Shown: positions 1-12,499 of the stretch, in pieces
How positions within the stretch are numbered: the first letter of the stretch is position 1
How the letters are laid out: each line of letters starts with the position of its first letter
From: Octopus bimaculoides
Lineage: Eukaryota
Length of the DNA stretch: 50,111 nt
Reading direction: 5' to 3'
Assembly: GCF_001194135.2 (NCBI RefSeq)
Contig: NC_069002.1
Coordinates: 34,882,919-34,933,029, forward strand
Notes under the pieces: generated by a model
The model's database searches: none
What the model was told of the DNA's origin: nothing
The model's input: only the letters and a program-made list of their open reading frames with translations
Made by a program: the position numbers and the translations under genes

Positions 1-429
1 CACACGTTCATGTATACACACACGCATAGATAGATAGATAATCTGTTTTTCTCTCCTTTTTTCGGTGCCTTTCCCCCTTTGGCCCCTTCACGTATCCACG
101 AAGCAAACTTTTAATAAACGACCATTTACGTTACATTATTGTAAATTCGTTCGTAAAATCGGTTACTATATTTCCTTCTCGTTTCAATAAATCCATGGAA
201 CAGGTACTTCCTGCTGCGTGACCCGCAACCAGATGAAGGTCATCAAGGTTTTGCTTAATAGCGTCTAACTTTCACAGAAAATAATAAAACGATATCACAT
301 GACCAATATTCAACATTATGCCTGAAAAAGCCTCGTCTATGTTTTCATTAATTATCGCGTTTCACTTTGCAACTTCGATCCTTTGTTATCCTCTTCGCAT
401 GGGAAATTGCACTATCGTTAATCATTATC

Positions 430-1040
430 GTTATTATTCATGTTTTTTGTGTTGTTCTTATTGTTGTTTCGTTGTTCTTGTTCTTGTTCTTCTTCTAGTG
501 CTCCCTCTCCTCTTCCTCTACCTCCTCCTCATCCTCCTTCTTCTACTGCTCCTCATCCTCCTTCTTCTACTGCTCCTCCTCCTTCCTTCTTCTACTGCCC
601 GTCATTCTTCTTCTTCTTCTTCTTCTTCTCCCCTTCTACTGCTCCTCTTCTTCTACTACTGCTACTCCTCCTCCTCCTTCTTCATAATCGTCGTCGTCAT
701 CATTAACATAGTCCTCAGCATTATTACCGCAATCTTCAACACCGCTATTTCTATCGCTGTTGTCATCAGCATAATCATTATCATCACCATCATCATCATT
801 ATTATCAGTATCATTGCTAGTAGTAATAGAAGCAGCAGTAGTAGTAGTGGTGGTGGTGGTGGCGGCGGCAGAAGCAGCAGCTGCAGTGGTAGTGGTAGTA
901 GTAGTAGTAATAGTGACAGCAGTGTCAGTAGGCTCAGCAGCAGCAAACTTTGTGGTGGTTGTGATGGTATTGTTGTTGGTGGTGGTGATGGTGGAAGTAT
1001 GTGGTTCGCGAAGTAGTGATGGCGGCGGCGGTGGCATTTG
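430..1040. repeat. Compound degenerate trinucleotide microsatellite block (CTT/CCT/CAT, then AGT/GGT/GGC)
   Basis: Runs such as tcttcttct, cctcctcct, catcatcat, agtagtagt and ggtggtggt are directly visible; they explain the poly-L/S/T/G ORFs at 318-1068. Confidence 0.9.
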
Positions 1041-1220
1041 GCCTTTCATTTTCGTATTTGAAAGCTAAACGGTGGACTGGCTCTTTGTTACCTTTCGCGG
1101 ATGTCCGCAACCGTTAGAATTGCTCGTATATTAGTACACACATAGATAAACATACATACACAAATGCATATACATTTGTATATATGCTTATATACATGTC
1201 CATGTAACTATATGTACACA

Positions 1221-1221
<1 letters not shown>

Positions 1222-1286
<65 letters not shown>
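1222..1286. repeat. (TA)n microsatellite
   Basis: Uninterrupted atatat run. Confidence 0.97.
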
Positions 1287-1289
<3 letters not shown>

Positions 1290-1773
1290 CGCATACATAC
1301 ATACGTGTGTGAGTGTATACGTGTATATATGCGAGCTGTGTGTGCCTGTGTCTGGGCGTGTGGTTGTCCACGCACACGTTTTTATGTTCTGTGCGTATGT
1401 ATGTGTGTACACGTATGTATGTGTGTGTGCTTATGTTCTGGAAATAACATTAAACTGGATGCGGTGATGTTCCATTTCGGAAGAGTTGAAGATATATGCA
1501 GCGTGCAATCACCACTTAATTACCATTACTCCTAGATCACTTCTGACCCTGATAGCCAGTCCTTGTCAGGGTCCTATGGATCGGTTAATACATCTCAAAA
1601 AGGTAGAAAAACTCCCGTAAATTTTGACAAAGCCTTTGGGAAGGTATCTCTTCTAGGAGAAAGATACTGTCATAAATCTATAATTCACAACCAGTGGTGG
1701 TTCGTAGATAAAATTAGTTGTGCAGCTGCTCTAGAAAACTTTTAGCCGTTGTTTTAATATTGCGAGATATGCA

Positions 1774-1782
1774 TACACACAC

Positions 1783-1847
<65 letters not shown>
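1774..1847. repeat. (CA)n microsatellite
   Basis: Near-perfect cacaca run. Confidence 0.97.
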
Positions 1848-1849
<2 letters not shown>

Positions 1850-2109
1850 TTGAACTTGCACCGAGAATTCAGGACGCTGGCTGTGGTTACTGCAAATAAT
1901 TGTACAGATTGCAGAATGTGTTTTATTGGTTACAAAATTCGAAAACTTTCGTCGTATTTGAACGCTGGTCACCAGAACAAGAGAATTTACCATAGAAGGA
2001 GAAGTTATCAATCAGAATTAAAGTACGTGAGTACCCAGATGCTATAGCTAATTATTAAGTATTTAATAAGGTATTTGAACATGTGTATGCAAGGATGGGT
2101 TTCAGGGGT

Positions 2110-2660
2110 GGTTTGAAATAAAAGAATACCGCTAATATCACAATGTGTTGTTAGTTTCTATTCTGCGCGGAGTATCTTCTCTGTTCGTATGATTTTGTGT
2201 TCTCAATGATGTTACAATTGAACTTTCTTAGCCTTCTAACAACTATATGTACTTTTAAGTCTGATTTCTACTGTTATGTTGATGGCTAATATTATGATGA
2301 GAGTGCTGATATTTAGAATGAAGAGTTACAAAATCTTTCTCGTCAAAATAATTTAGAAATTGATTGTGTCTGTGTTGATAATGCAGGCATTTGTATATTA
2401 TATTATTGATTTGTTGAAAGGCAGACAGTCGAGCTGATTCTGATTGCCGGATTTCTTTATTTGTATGTTCAGAGTGTTTCCGCTGACGTTGTGTCACATA
2501 TTACTGTCATATATGTTTGTTATAAATGAATCAAAGAGTTGTGTGCCATGTTGAATTTGTTTAACGTTTAGAGTTTTCGCTGATAAATGTTGTATTGATT
2601 TTTGTGGAGTTGTTTTTGTATCAAAGTTACGAACTAATTAAGGTGTTTCTTCTGGCTTTG
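2110..2660 (-). mobile_element. Ancient CR1/L2-like LINE reverse-transcriptase C-terminal fossil
   Basis: Minus-strand translation across frameshifts gives NFDTK (~ADDTK), VSGNTLNIQIKKSG (~Y.L.G..L....EKDLG), QQINNIIYKC...FLNYFDEKDFVTLH (~HI..I..KA...F.Y.D...F..LY), LKVHI...KVQ and KSYEQR (~LE.VQ...LSYEERL). The motifs are in the expected order but highly degenerate. Confidence 0.5.
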
Positions 2661-2779
2661 AGGTTAAGCAAACTGTAAGGATAATGTTTAGGATACCTTC
2701 TGAAAAGATGCTGCGTTGCATCAACGACACACAATTTTGTGTGAAGTGAGATTAATGTATACAAGTATATACAAATTAT

Positions 2780-2900
2780 GTCGATATCAATCTTTTCATC
2801 TTTTCGGGGTCGATACGTAAGTACCAGTTAAGTACTAGGGTCGAAGTAATCGACTTACTCCCTCACCGATATCGCTGGCTTTATCCAAAATTTGATACCC
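2780..2900 (+). mobile_element. SINE family A, 3' part
   Basis: ttttcatcttttcggggtcgata...gtaccagtt...gggtcgaagtaatcgactta...ccaaaatttgatacc matches the 3' half of the copies at 9395 and 13421. Confidence 0.8.
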
Positions 2901-3350
2901 AAATTTTTGAAACACTCAACTGTTAAGTCTTATCAAATTGTTAGCATTTTTAATAGATTAGGGAGCATACGTTAAGGACCTGATTCTGATGAGAGATTAA
3001 GTTATACAGCCCCATTCAAAATCTCATTTAACATTTATATTATGTATTTTTTTCGTTTTAGCGTAATTTTTTTTACTTGCTTTTATTTTTTTTTATATAT
3101 TTATATTATATTTGATGTTATGCTATGGATGCGAGTATTCATTCTCCTGAAAATGAAACACAGCTGATCAGAACAGCCCAGGAAGAACATGATCAAGTCG
3201 TTCTTGTAGTCAGTGCATATGTTAGAACGGACGGCAGCGCAGCAGAACGGCTGTACTGGAATAAGAGAAGAGAGGGATGAATGAGGTTGATGTAGTTAAT
3301 GAATGCAAAGCCAAGATGCCTGAATGTTGTAGAAATTTATTTGGAGATGT

Positions 3351-3369
3351 ATCTCTCTCTCTCTCTTTT

Positions 3370-3456
<87 letters not shown>
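3351..3456. repeat. (CT)n-(TA)n compound microsatellite
   Basis: Directly visible. Confidence 0.95.
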
Positions 3457-3458
<2 letters not shown>

Positions 3459-3708
3459 CATGTTATATATGTATACTTATGTATGTATGAGTCCATGCGT
3501 GTATATGGGAAAAGAGCAGGAGAAACGTGCATTAGTTAATAACATCAACTGGCCTTAATTGACCTCATTTGTTAGGCAACGTTTCATTAACGCTAAAAGG
3601 ATATTTAATCATTCTGTGTAAGTACGTATGTATATATTACGTATATCTATCTATGGCTCTATCTACCTCTCCATCTTTCTCTCTGTCTCTCTCTCTATAT
3701 TTCTATAC

Positions 3709-3742
<34 letters not shown>

Positions 3743-4029
3743 NNNNNNNNNNNNNNNNNNNNNNNNNNNNNNNNNNNNNNNNNNNNNNNNNNNNNNNNNN
3801 NNNNNNNNNNNNNNNNNNNNNNNNNNNNNNNNNNNNNNNNNNNNNNNNNNNNNNNNNNNNNNNNNNNNNNNNNNNNNNNNNNNNNNNNNNNNNNNNNNNN
3901 NNNNNNNNNNNNNNNNNNNNNNNNNNNNNNNNNNNNNNNNNNNNNNNNNNNNNNNNNNNNNNNNNNNNNNNNNNNNNNNNNNNNNTGTGTGTGTGTGTCT
4001 GTGTGTGTGTGTATTCTAAATAAAACTAT

Positions 4030-4610
4030 AAGCCTTTACCCTACACTGACTATAGTTCGCAGTCTAATATTCCATACATTAACTGCCACTCATCTCAAGC
4101 ACCTCCACATTACTAATGGCCATTTTCCAGTTTATCCTCCAAATTTTTCTCAGACAGTATTGATAAAATTGTTCCAATAGCCTTACCTGCCTACGGCAAA
4201 CAACCCATGTCTCACTTCCATTTGGCAAAGATGGAAGGACGCATGTGTTTTATGCATTAACTTTAATTTGTGAAGATATTTTGTTTCCACAGACGCCTAT
4301 GAATCCTACCAAAAGTACTACTAGCCCCTCTGATTCTGTATGAAATTTCATCATCAAGGCCAACAGTGCTCAAGGTACTTCCTAAATAAATAAATCTAGG
4401 TACAGTCTCCAACCTTTGAACATTCTCATTTATAAAAGGTTCCACATATATCTTGGAGGCAGCGGGCAGATACATTATAACAGTTTTTTTTAGATTGATT
4501 GTTAGACCCAATACTGCACATGCTGCATAAATCGCATTCACCATGTGTTGCATATCTTTCTGAGAATGTGTCAACAGATCACAACCATCTGCGTATAGAA
4601 ACTCCACAAG
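4030..4610 (-). mobile_element. RTE-clade (BovB-like) LINE reverse-transcriptase fossil
   Basis: ORF 4263-4607 reads FLYADGCDLL (YADD motif decayed), GLTINLKKTVIM, FIYLGSTLS and LDDEISYRIRGASSTFGRIHRRLW. A frameshifted continuation to ~4030 gives ETWVVCRRQVRLLEQFYQYCLRKIWRINWK...ISNVEVL, a typical RTE RT C-terminus. Confidence 0.88.
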
Positions 4611-5039
4611 GTGAGAATGCAGAACTTTCGTTTTGGCACAGTCTTTTGAGATTGATCAGTTTTCCTGTTGTCCTATATACATTCAAACAAACATACATAC
4701 ATACAAAAATACATACATACATATTTACATACATAAATATATATATATACGTATAGATATAAACACACTCGCATACATATATATATGCATATATGTGTGT
4801 GCGTGCATGTGTGCGTGTGTGTATACTTTTGGGTGTGTGTGCACATAAATACAATATATAGAATGAGGTTAAGAAGTAATTATTTATCAGGATTACCACT
4901 TCCTATTGTATTATCCTTCAGCATATCATCACCGCCTCTTTTTGTCCTTCATATAAAATGACAATTCATAACATACATCTCCAACGTGTTTAGTTTGTGA
5001 GGGAGACATCTGTATGGTAGCATAAATTGATCGAAGAAC

Positions 5040-5200
5040 TTTCAAACTACGTTGTAGCGGTGGTGGTGGCTTTCGCAATGTGGTGGCGTTGGTGGTGATC
5101 GTCGTCGTCGTGGTCTTCATTATCGTCGTCGTTGTCATCATCATCAACCTCATCATCATCGTCATCTTCATCATCATTCTTATTATTGAATTGAAGTTCA
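5040..5200. repeat. Degenerate GGT/GTC/CAT trinucleotide tract
   Basis: Directly visible. Confidence 0.8.
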
Positions 5201-5713
5201 TTTATTGAATAAGCACTATAATTGATATAATTATTGTGATGTAACTTATATCACATGGTTATTTCGCTACTTTACAATATGAGTCCATTTTACATAGACT
5301 CGTCTATAATTACTACATCCCAGCACCTGCCTTTCCATGCAATTATATCAAATTAACGTTGCGTAAAGACTTCCGTACAACGTTACTTCACACTCAACTA
5401 TTCCCACATGTAATTTATAGAAGCAAATCTGTTGTCTATGAAGTATATCATATTTTATATCATTAATTTGTCACTTGTGATGTTGTCAACAGTCTCCAGA
5501 TATGAGCAAACGCATATGTAACTATAATACTTGTTATCTTATTATTTTATTATATTATTGGTTTAAATATTTCAGAGTTGTTATTAAATAGAACAAAACA
5601 ACATGCAGTGTATTTTCGCCGCGAGCCATTAAGAATGGACATCTTGCCGGAGGTGACTTTGCTTCCCATCGGTTACATAATGTGCCAGACATGTATTTGA
5701 AGAAAAGTAAACA

Positions 5714-5933
5714 ATTTCCTTTACTAGAGACACAAAACTAGAAATTGTTGCCAGTGGGGGTTAATCGATTATATGAACCCCGCTGCCCAACTCTTACTTA
5801 TTACAACAAACTGAAAGAATGAAATGAAAAAAATATCAACCTCGGTGGAATTCGAAATCAGAATATGAAGATGGCCGAAATGCCACTCAGCATTTTGCCT
5901 GGCATGATAACCATTCTGCCAGCTCGCCGTCTT
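5714..5933 (-). mobile_element. SINE family A, near full length
   Basis: The reverse complement starts aagacggcgagctggcagaatggttatcatgccaggcaaaatgctgagtggcatttcggcc and has the B-box-like ctgatttcgaattccaccgagg. Confidence 0.85.
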
Positions 5934-6719
5934 TACTTCAGACGATTCGGGGAAACAAATATAACTGGCTTACATTTGTTTCGCGAAGCTGAGTTAGGCC
6001 TCAGTTGATGCTTTGAATGTAAAGGTTCACAATGGCTGTTACACAGTTGCCGTGTAAATAGTATCTGTAAAATGTAACACTGCACACGCATACGTTCTGC
6101 CATATACAGTTTCACTCGAGAAACGAAACCAAATCAAAAATTGATTATAGGAAGAATAGTTTCTAAATTTCGTATGAAACATTGGCTATTTTCTTAAGTA
6201 GCTTGTTCAAATGGGGTATAATATAGTGTCTTAACAAGCGGAAGTAAAATATTCGTCTGAAATGTTTTGAATAAACAGTTTGCAACTTGAATTTCATGCC
6301 AACATTGGATAACAGCTGAGATGTGTGTGGAAAATAGCTTCTAGATAGAAGTTAATTACTGCTTTTAACTAGTAGTCACAACAATGGATGATGCTTAAAA
6401 TGCAGAAAAGTTAAACCCCTTCCTATTCACATTGGCGGAAAAAATCATGTAGGTTTATGTCCCAAAAATTAAATTAGAAAGGTTTTATCTCGAATGCTTT
6501 CCGCTAATGTGTGTCTTCAATCAGGGTTGACTCACGTCTCATTATTAGACGTACATATGATATACCAGGCTGTATATTTACTGAAATCATTGGCAAAAAT
6601 GGAATCTACATTGTGAAGGGAATGGAATACTATCGAAGTTTTCATTAGGATTAGCCCGAAGGAATTCCACTGTCAACAAGGTACATGCATAAGATTTTGT
6701 GAATACATAATTTATTGCT

Positions 6720-7135
6720 TTTGTTGTTGTGGCTGTTTAGCTCCCAGATACAAACTCATCGACACAATTGCTATGTTAGAATTTTCCACAGGACACCGTC
6801 CAACAGACGCTAGCTTCACTATGACTTAAAGAAAATAGAAATATCACAATAGCAAATAATGTTTTTTGATAATACATCCGTAAGAACAACATTCGATTGG
6901 CAATAAAACTTCAGGTTAAATATCACCAACAACAACGACTGTGTTGGGTTAAAAGCAAAGAAAATTATAAAATGAAGGAGTCCCTGTTATTGCCGTTGTT
7001 ATTGTTGTTATTGTTTAGACACACGTATTCCTTCGTCGAGACAAACTATGAAGGAAAAGGATCTACAGGACACCATCCAAAATAAACTGATTAGTAGATG
7101 ATATAGTCCTTACAACAATTTGACTTAAAGAAAAC
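6720..7135 (-). repeat. Two adjacent degenerate copies (6720-6840, 7000-7135) of a short (AAC)n-tailed retroposon fragment
   Basis: Both begin on + with (gtt)n gtttag and share the blocks cacaggacaccgtccaa/tacaggacaccatccaa and gacttaaagaaaa. Confidence 0.5.
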
Positions 7136-7840
7136 AAAATAAGAATAACAAGTTAGGTACTTTAGTAACAGATCTCAGTGACCAACATCACCGGAGCCTA
7201 TATAGCAATTAAAACACGGGTTAAACACATCGACAGTCGCCGCAATGAACAAGTTATAAGCAGCAGGCAGCTTCCATTCAACATAACGTATTGTAAAAAC
7301 TGGATGTACTCTTACAAAATAATCTTCACTTTCAGCTCGAGACAGACACTAAAAAAATATTATAGAAAAAAATATATATAATTAAAAAAGACATTTACAA
7401 AGATTCATTAAATGAAGATGAGAAACAAATACATGAAAAAAAAGACACATTCCTTAATATAAAAAAAAAAACTACTTTGATTGATTATTGGTGGAATATA
7501 AAGAAGTTTGCACTTTGACACTTTATATACAGTAAACAACCATTCAGCGTACAGCTCTGTAGGTGTCATAATTGTTTCAAATTCGTTACGTTTTCCCTTT
7601 CAGTAAAAATTCACTGCTGATGCTGGGCGGATTTTTTTTTAAACGTTTATTCTAATAGGTTCTTTATTTATTATCTTAACTTGTTTTGTTATATTTGAAT
7701 TGGAATTTAATTATTAGCTGCCTGGTTATCTTGCGTAATGTTATTAGAGATTTGAACGCGAGCTAAACTAAAAGCAATGAGAAATTAATTATCCAGACGC
7801 ACCATCATCAACTACAGCCATACAGACGTCTCTAAATACA

Positions 7841-8049
7841 TACGAGGGACAGGTGCTGAAAGGTTCCTGGCCTTACTGGCATCGCGGAAAGCCTGGTTAG
7901 AGCCCGAAAGCCTCCAGTTCTTTTACGGGACTTACAAAAACTGAAAGGCCAGTATGAGACTGGAATATGCTGAAAAAAAATATTAACTGATCATTCTGTA
8001 TTTTCTTTTACCCAAAGCGAGGAATTTTTCAGCACGCCCTCGTCTCGTA
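7841..8049 (+). mobile_element. Mariner-derived MITE (copy 1)
   Basis: TA-flanked TIRs: left TAcgagggacaggtgctgaaaggttcctggc; the right end reverse-complements to acgagggcgtgctgaaaaattcctcgc. The interior encodes KAWLEPESLQFFLRDLQKLKGQYE, like the mariner C-terminus. Homologous to 29565-29772. Confidence 0.8.
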
Positions 8050-8061
8050 CATCAGTATGAA

Positions 8062-8123
8062 TGTGTGTGTGTACACACACGCACACGCACACGCACACGC
8101 ACGCACACGCATACATACATACA

Positions 8124-8159
<36 letters not shown>

Positions 8160-8194
8160 TACACACACATATATATATATATATATATGTGTGT
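8062..8194. repeat. Compound (CACG)n/(TACA)n/(TA)n microsatellite
   Basis: Directly visible, immediately next to the MITE. Confidence 0.9.
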
Positions 8195-8319
8195 GTACCT
8201 CCCCTTAGCCTCTTTTATGTCAAATAAAAATAAGAATCCTTTCTTCAATAAATAGAATCTATTTTGCGCGCCAGCAGTTGTGTGTCAAATATTTCATCGA
8301 CTTTATTAACAACACTGAA

Positions 8320-8720
8320 GTAGCAGACACGGAAAACGTAATCAACATTCACATAACTAATATCAAATCGTTAAGGTGTATCACTAAACATTAACCTATA
8401 TTACTTACATTCCACAGACCTTAAGGAAATTAGTGAATTTTGACGTTCGCACAAGGACAATGATTTAGAGTTTAGGATATAAGAAATTCTATTAAAAGGC
8501 ACTATTTAATTTGAAACATATAGAGTGAATTTAACACTGGCAGTATTTAATAAATCAATTAAATACAAGAAATTACTTTGCCGCACACAATTCCATCCTC
8601 TCAACTGTTTAAACATCTGTTGGGTAGGAGAGTGTTTTCCTACACTTATTATTCCATATTCGAAACCCTGAGATATTCAATAACCTACGTACACTCTTTG
8701 TGCTTTCGGAACTCCAAATA
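8320..8720 (+). mobile_element. Possible very old RTE-like RT fossil
   Basis: Weak motif order across frames: IKSLRCIT (~INNLRFAD), NINL...DLKEISEF, LAVFNK, YSIFET (~YG.ETW). Confidence 0.25.
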
Positions 8721-9394
8721 TATCGGATCCTAGGCGATGGCTTAGCTTGCTGTTATATCCGAATATTTTAGAAGCAGTACTGCATCTCTCTGCCAACTAC
8801 TACATATGAATGTTTTATTGACCAAGCGTTGGGGCAGGCAACAGATTTTTACTATAGTAGCATTTTGTGTCTAACATCAACTGAGGAGCATGCAGATCTT
8901 CTGAATAATCTTTATATATTTGCGTTTGGATATAGAATATACTGTAACATTGTTACACCACTACAAAAACCAAATCAGTAACAAACACGTAACAAATTTA
9001 TATTTCTTCTCAACGACTTCTACGTCTGCCTTCACAAATGCGACTGTACACTTCACAGTGTAACTCCCATTGTCAGTACGCATGCGCTTTTATAAGGTTT
9101 AGGACAGCTCACTTTCTATCCAACAGGGACGTCAGGATTTAATCACAACAATAATAAACAACAATTCTTATCTATAAATCTTTATTTTCGTTAAATCTTT
9201 GTATTTATTAATTTCAACAATAAGAATAAATTGAAGGTAATTGAATTACATCAGTCTGACGAGCCAGGTGGACATGCATGAAGGCTGTCTTGAACAAACA
9301 AGGAATAATCTGGGAGTTGTTTCGATTTGTTAAGATTAGCTTCTAATTTCTGTTTTGCTTTGATAGCTCCAAACATTGTAAAGCAATAAGAGAC

Positions 9395-9612
9395 TCGGCG
9401 AACTTGGCAGAACCATTAGCACCCCATGCAAAATGCTTAACGAATTTTCGGCCGTCTTTACGTTCTGAGTTCAAATGCCACCGAGATCGACCTTGCTTTT
9501 CATCCTTTCGCAATCGATTAAATATATACCAATTGAGCATTCAGGTTGAGGTCCATGTAATCGACTTACCGTATTCCCCGAAAACGCTAGCCTTGAACCA
9601 AAATTTGAAATC
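9395..9612 (+). mobile_element. SINE family A, full length
   Basis: ggcgaacttggcagaaccattagc...B-box-like gagttcaaatgcc...catcctttcg...gtaatcgactta...ccaaaatttgaaatc. Confidence 0.88.
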
Positions 9613-10863
9613 GATATCTTAAAACAAACTAATGATGATTGTGAATAAAAGACGAGATGTTCAAGAATGGAATGCTATTGGTCATAATAATGTCTACTGG
9701 ATCATAATCGACCTGGTGCTAAATATGAAGAACAATTGCAAAAAAACATCAATGACTGCAAAGAAAAGCGCTTGAAGAAGGTATACTTTTAACTCCAAGG
9801 TGTTTACCAGGACGGCCTAATTTGTTTGTTCACGATAATATTTTATTGCTATTCATTTCTTCCATAGTTTAAGGGAAAGGAAAATATTCCAAGTTGTGCT
9901 GTAAACAATTTTTTTTTTCCTTTTATCTTTTCTTTTATAGAATTTCTTACTGGAACTATCTGAGCTTTTCTTCATTTTCAGTTCGTGATATTTTTTTCTC
10001 TCTCCTTCCTTTTGCAAAGAATATATATTCATTTATATATTTCTTGCCTTTTTTTTTTTTCACTTAATTAATCTTTAAATCTCGCGCTATATTCTTCATA
10101 AAGACGACGATGATGATGAGGACTTTGACGATGATGATGATAACAACGACGACGACGACGGCGTTGATGATGTGCCATTTTTATTGTATTTCATTCATTT
10201 TCGTTGTTTGGCGATGGTCGTGGGGATTCTGGTTATGGTAGCTGTGTAGGTTTGAGAGCGTCGTTGTTATCGTTGTTGTTGCTATAGCTGTTGGTGATGG
10301 CGTTGTGTGGCAGGCTGTTTTCTTGTTTGGTTTATTTGGTAAGTTCATGATATTCCAATGACAAGCTGGCCATTGATGTTCTAAAGGAATGGAATTTATT
10401 TATTTTTCTATTTCCATTTATTTTCTCAGAACGAAACATTTTAGTAGACAACATGGTGACTGAGCGATCATTAGCTGTGAGTAGGTGGCTGGTATTTAAT
10501 GGAAGAATAACAGGATTTTTAGTTAGTTTACTGCGATGGTGACGGTATTGATGTTAGTGATATGGCGGGTGGTGTGTTGGTGACGTTAATCACGTGGTGT
10601 TCGTGCTTGTGTACGTGGTGGGGATGATATGTTGATGTCGTTGATAGAGTTGGTTTATATAGTGTTGCTGCTGGTAGACTTCGTGATATTCTTGTTGGTG
10701 TTGATGTTGGTGATGTTTGGTTTTGTTGTTGTTGTTGGAAGTGGTGCTCTTAAGGCTTCTGTTTTAATGTTGTTATTGCTGTTTGCGGTATTAATGTTCG
10801 TAACATGTCAAACGGTGTGCCTGGTGACAATGTTCATGGATTTAATATAGGAGGATTTAATAT

Positions 10864-11078
10864 AAGGCACCGAGCTGGCAGAAACGTTAGCACGCCGGGC
10901 AAAATGCTTAGCAGTATTTCATCAGCTGTTACGTTCGCAGTTCAAAATCCGCCGAGGTCGACTTTGCGCTTCACCCTTTCGGGGTTACGCACTGAAGCCG
11001 ATGTAATCTACTTAATCACTTTGTCTATCCTTGATTGTCGTCTCTATGTGTAGCCCCCTGTGGGCAATAAAGAAATTA
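10864..11078 (+). mobile_element. SINE family A, well preserved, with alternative 3' tail
   Basis: aaggcaccgagctggcagaaacgttagcacgccgggcaaaatgcttagc...gttcaaaatccgccgaggtcgactttgc; ends gccccctgtgggcaataaagaaattaa. Confidence 0.9.
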
Positions 11079-11549
11079 ATACAGGAGTTGATCTCAGAAC
11101 TAGTGGGGTTAATGAAGTTTTGATGGTGGAGGCGTTGTTGGTATTGCTGGTTTCCATGGTGTTTCGTACTCGTGCTGGAGATCATCTAGCTGGGGCTGTT
11201 CCTCCTGGTAGCTTTTGCAATGTTGTTCTTGTTACTTTTGTCGCAGGTTTTGGCGGTATGGATCGTGTGCTGATGGTGGGCCTGGTGGTGATGCAGAAGG
11301 TGTTGATGAAGATGCTGTTGTTATTGTTGTTATTTAAGTGGTGGTGTTGTTGTAATTCTTATTATTGGACATGTTGTTGTTACTGGTGATATTGGTGGTA
11401 CTGGTGGAGATGGAAGTGCTGATGCTGTGGTGGGTCTGGAGAAGAAGGAGAAGAAGGAGAAGGAGAAGAAGGAGAAGGAGAAGAAGGAGAAGAAGAAGAA
11501 GAAGAAGAAGTGTAATGCTCTCACATTTTTGAAAAAAGACTAGTAGATC

Positions 11550-11648
11550 TTAAGAGGCGATTGCATTGACCCCCAATATTTGAATGGTACTCGTTTATCA
11601 ACCCCAAAATGATGAAAAGAAATTCGGCCTTCGCGGGCTTTTAAAACC
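11550..11648 (-). mobile_element. SINE family A, partial
   Basis: The reverse complement contains ttttcatcattttggggttgataaacgagtacc...ggggtcaatgcaatcgcc. Confidence 0.65.
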
Positions 11649-11904
11649 TGCAAATACCATAAATTCAAAATCTACACAATAACAACTTTGTAACTATAGT
11701 ATTGATTGTCAATATTGGTGTGGAGGGTGATTTTTTAAAATTATTACTGCGGTAATTTTATGTTTTAAAACTTTCTGTCGTTTGTATTCAACATAATACG
11801 CTGTTGGGAGGGAGCTTGGTGAGTGAATGTGTAAATGGATGTAACAATCAGTAACCTTTGATTCTACATCATATATTTATAATACAAACATATATATCTT
11901 CGTT

Positions 11905-11906
11905 TA

Positions 11907-11949
<43 letters not shown>

Positions 11950-11950
11950 A
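11905..11950. repeat. (CTAT)n tetranucleotide repeat
   Basis: Directly visible. Confidence 0.92.
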
Positions 11951-12499
11951 TACTGACATTCTGACACACACACACATACAAGGGCAGTATTACAGCGATA
12001 TCAACACTAGCATAAACGTACAACACTTTTGTAGTCACGTAAACACCATGAAATATCACAAACACCTCCAACAACAACAACCAGCACTGGCAACACCAGC
12101 ACCAAAAGTACAATATCAACTGAACTTTCCAACGGAAGAAGACGACCTTTGACACCTAAGCTTCAGCACCGTTGTACCAATACCAAAATCAACGGCATGA
12201 AGACCTATACATGCAAGAAACCTTGCATTAACACTACCGCAGGTGCAATTGTCACGAACACTAACACCTACACGATTCACACTGCTATTATCCCCTGTAT
12301 CACTATCACCAATACGAAGACTAACTCATACACAAACATCAACGCCGATAATGGCACCTCCACCTCGAATATGAAACAGCAGTATCTCCAACAAGTTCAC
12401 CTTAAAACTATCACATACTCATGGCAAACCTGAATATCTCATAATATTATTATCAAATATAAACATTTTAGACCATTATTATCAAACATCAACTAGTCT

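Larger units (their letters stand above)
10085..11800. repeat. Long degenerate G/T-rich trinucleotide low-complexity region (GTT/GAT/GGT) with a GAA tract at 11438-11510
   Basis: Directly visible composition; source of the V/L/M-rich pseudo-ORFs. Confidence 0.8.

Noticed and set aside
318-1068. Overlapping ORFs of 84-232 aa (poly-L, S, T, G)
   Set aside because: Stop-free translation of trinucleotide repeats in several frames on both strands; no domain-like sequence.
1860-2030. Plus-strand donor TAC|gtgagt and faint mariner C-terminal similarity
   Set aside because: Motifs are not consistent across frames; neither an exon nor a transposase call is supportable.
3126-3281. Possible miRNA hairpin or small ORF (MDASIHSPENETQ…)
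   Set aside because: No extended stem and no match to conserved miRNAs I can recall; the 51-aa ORF has no other support.
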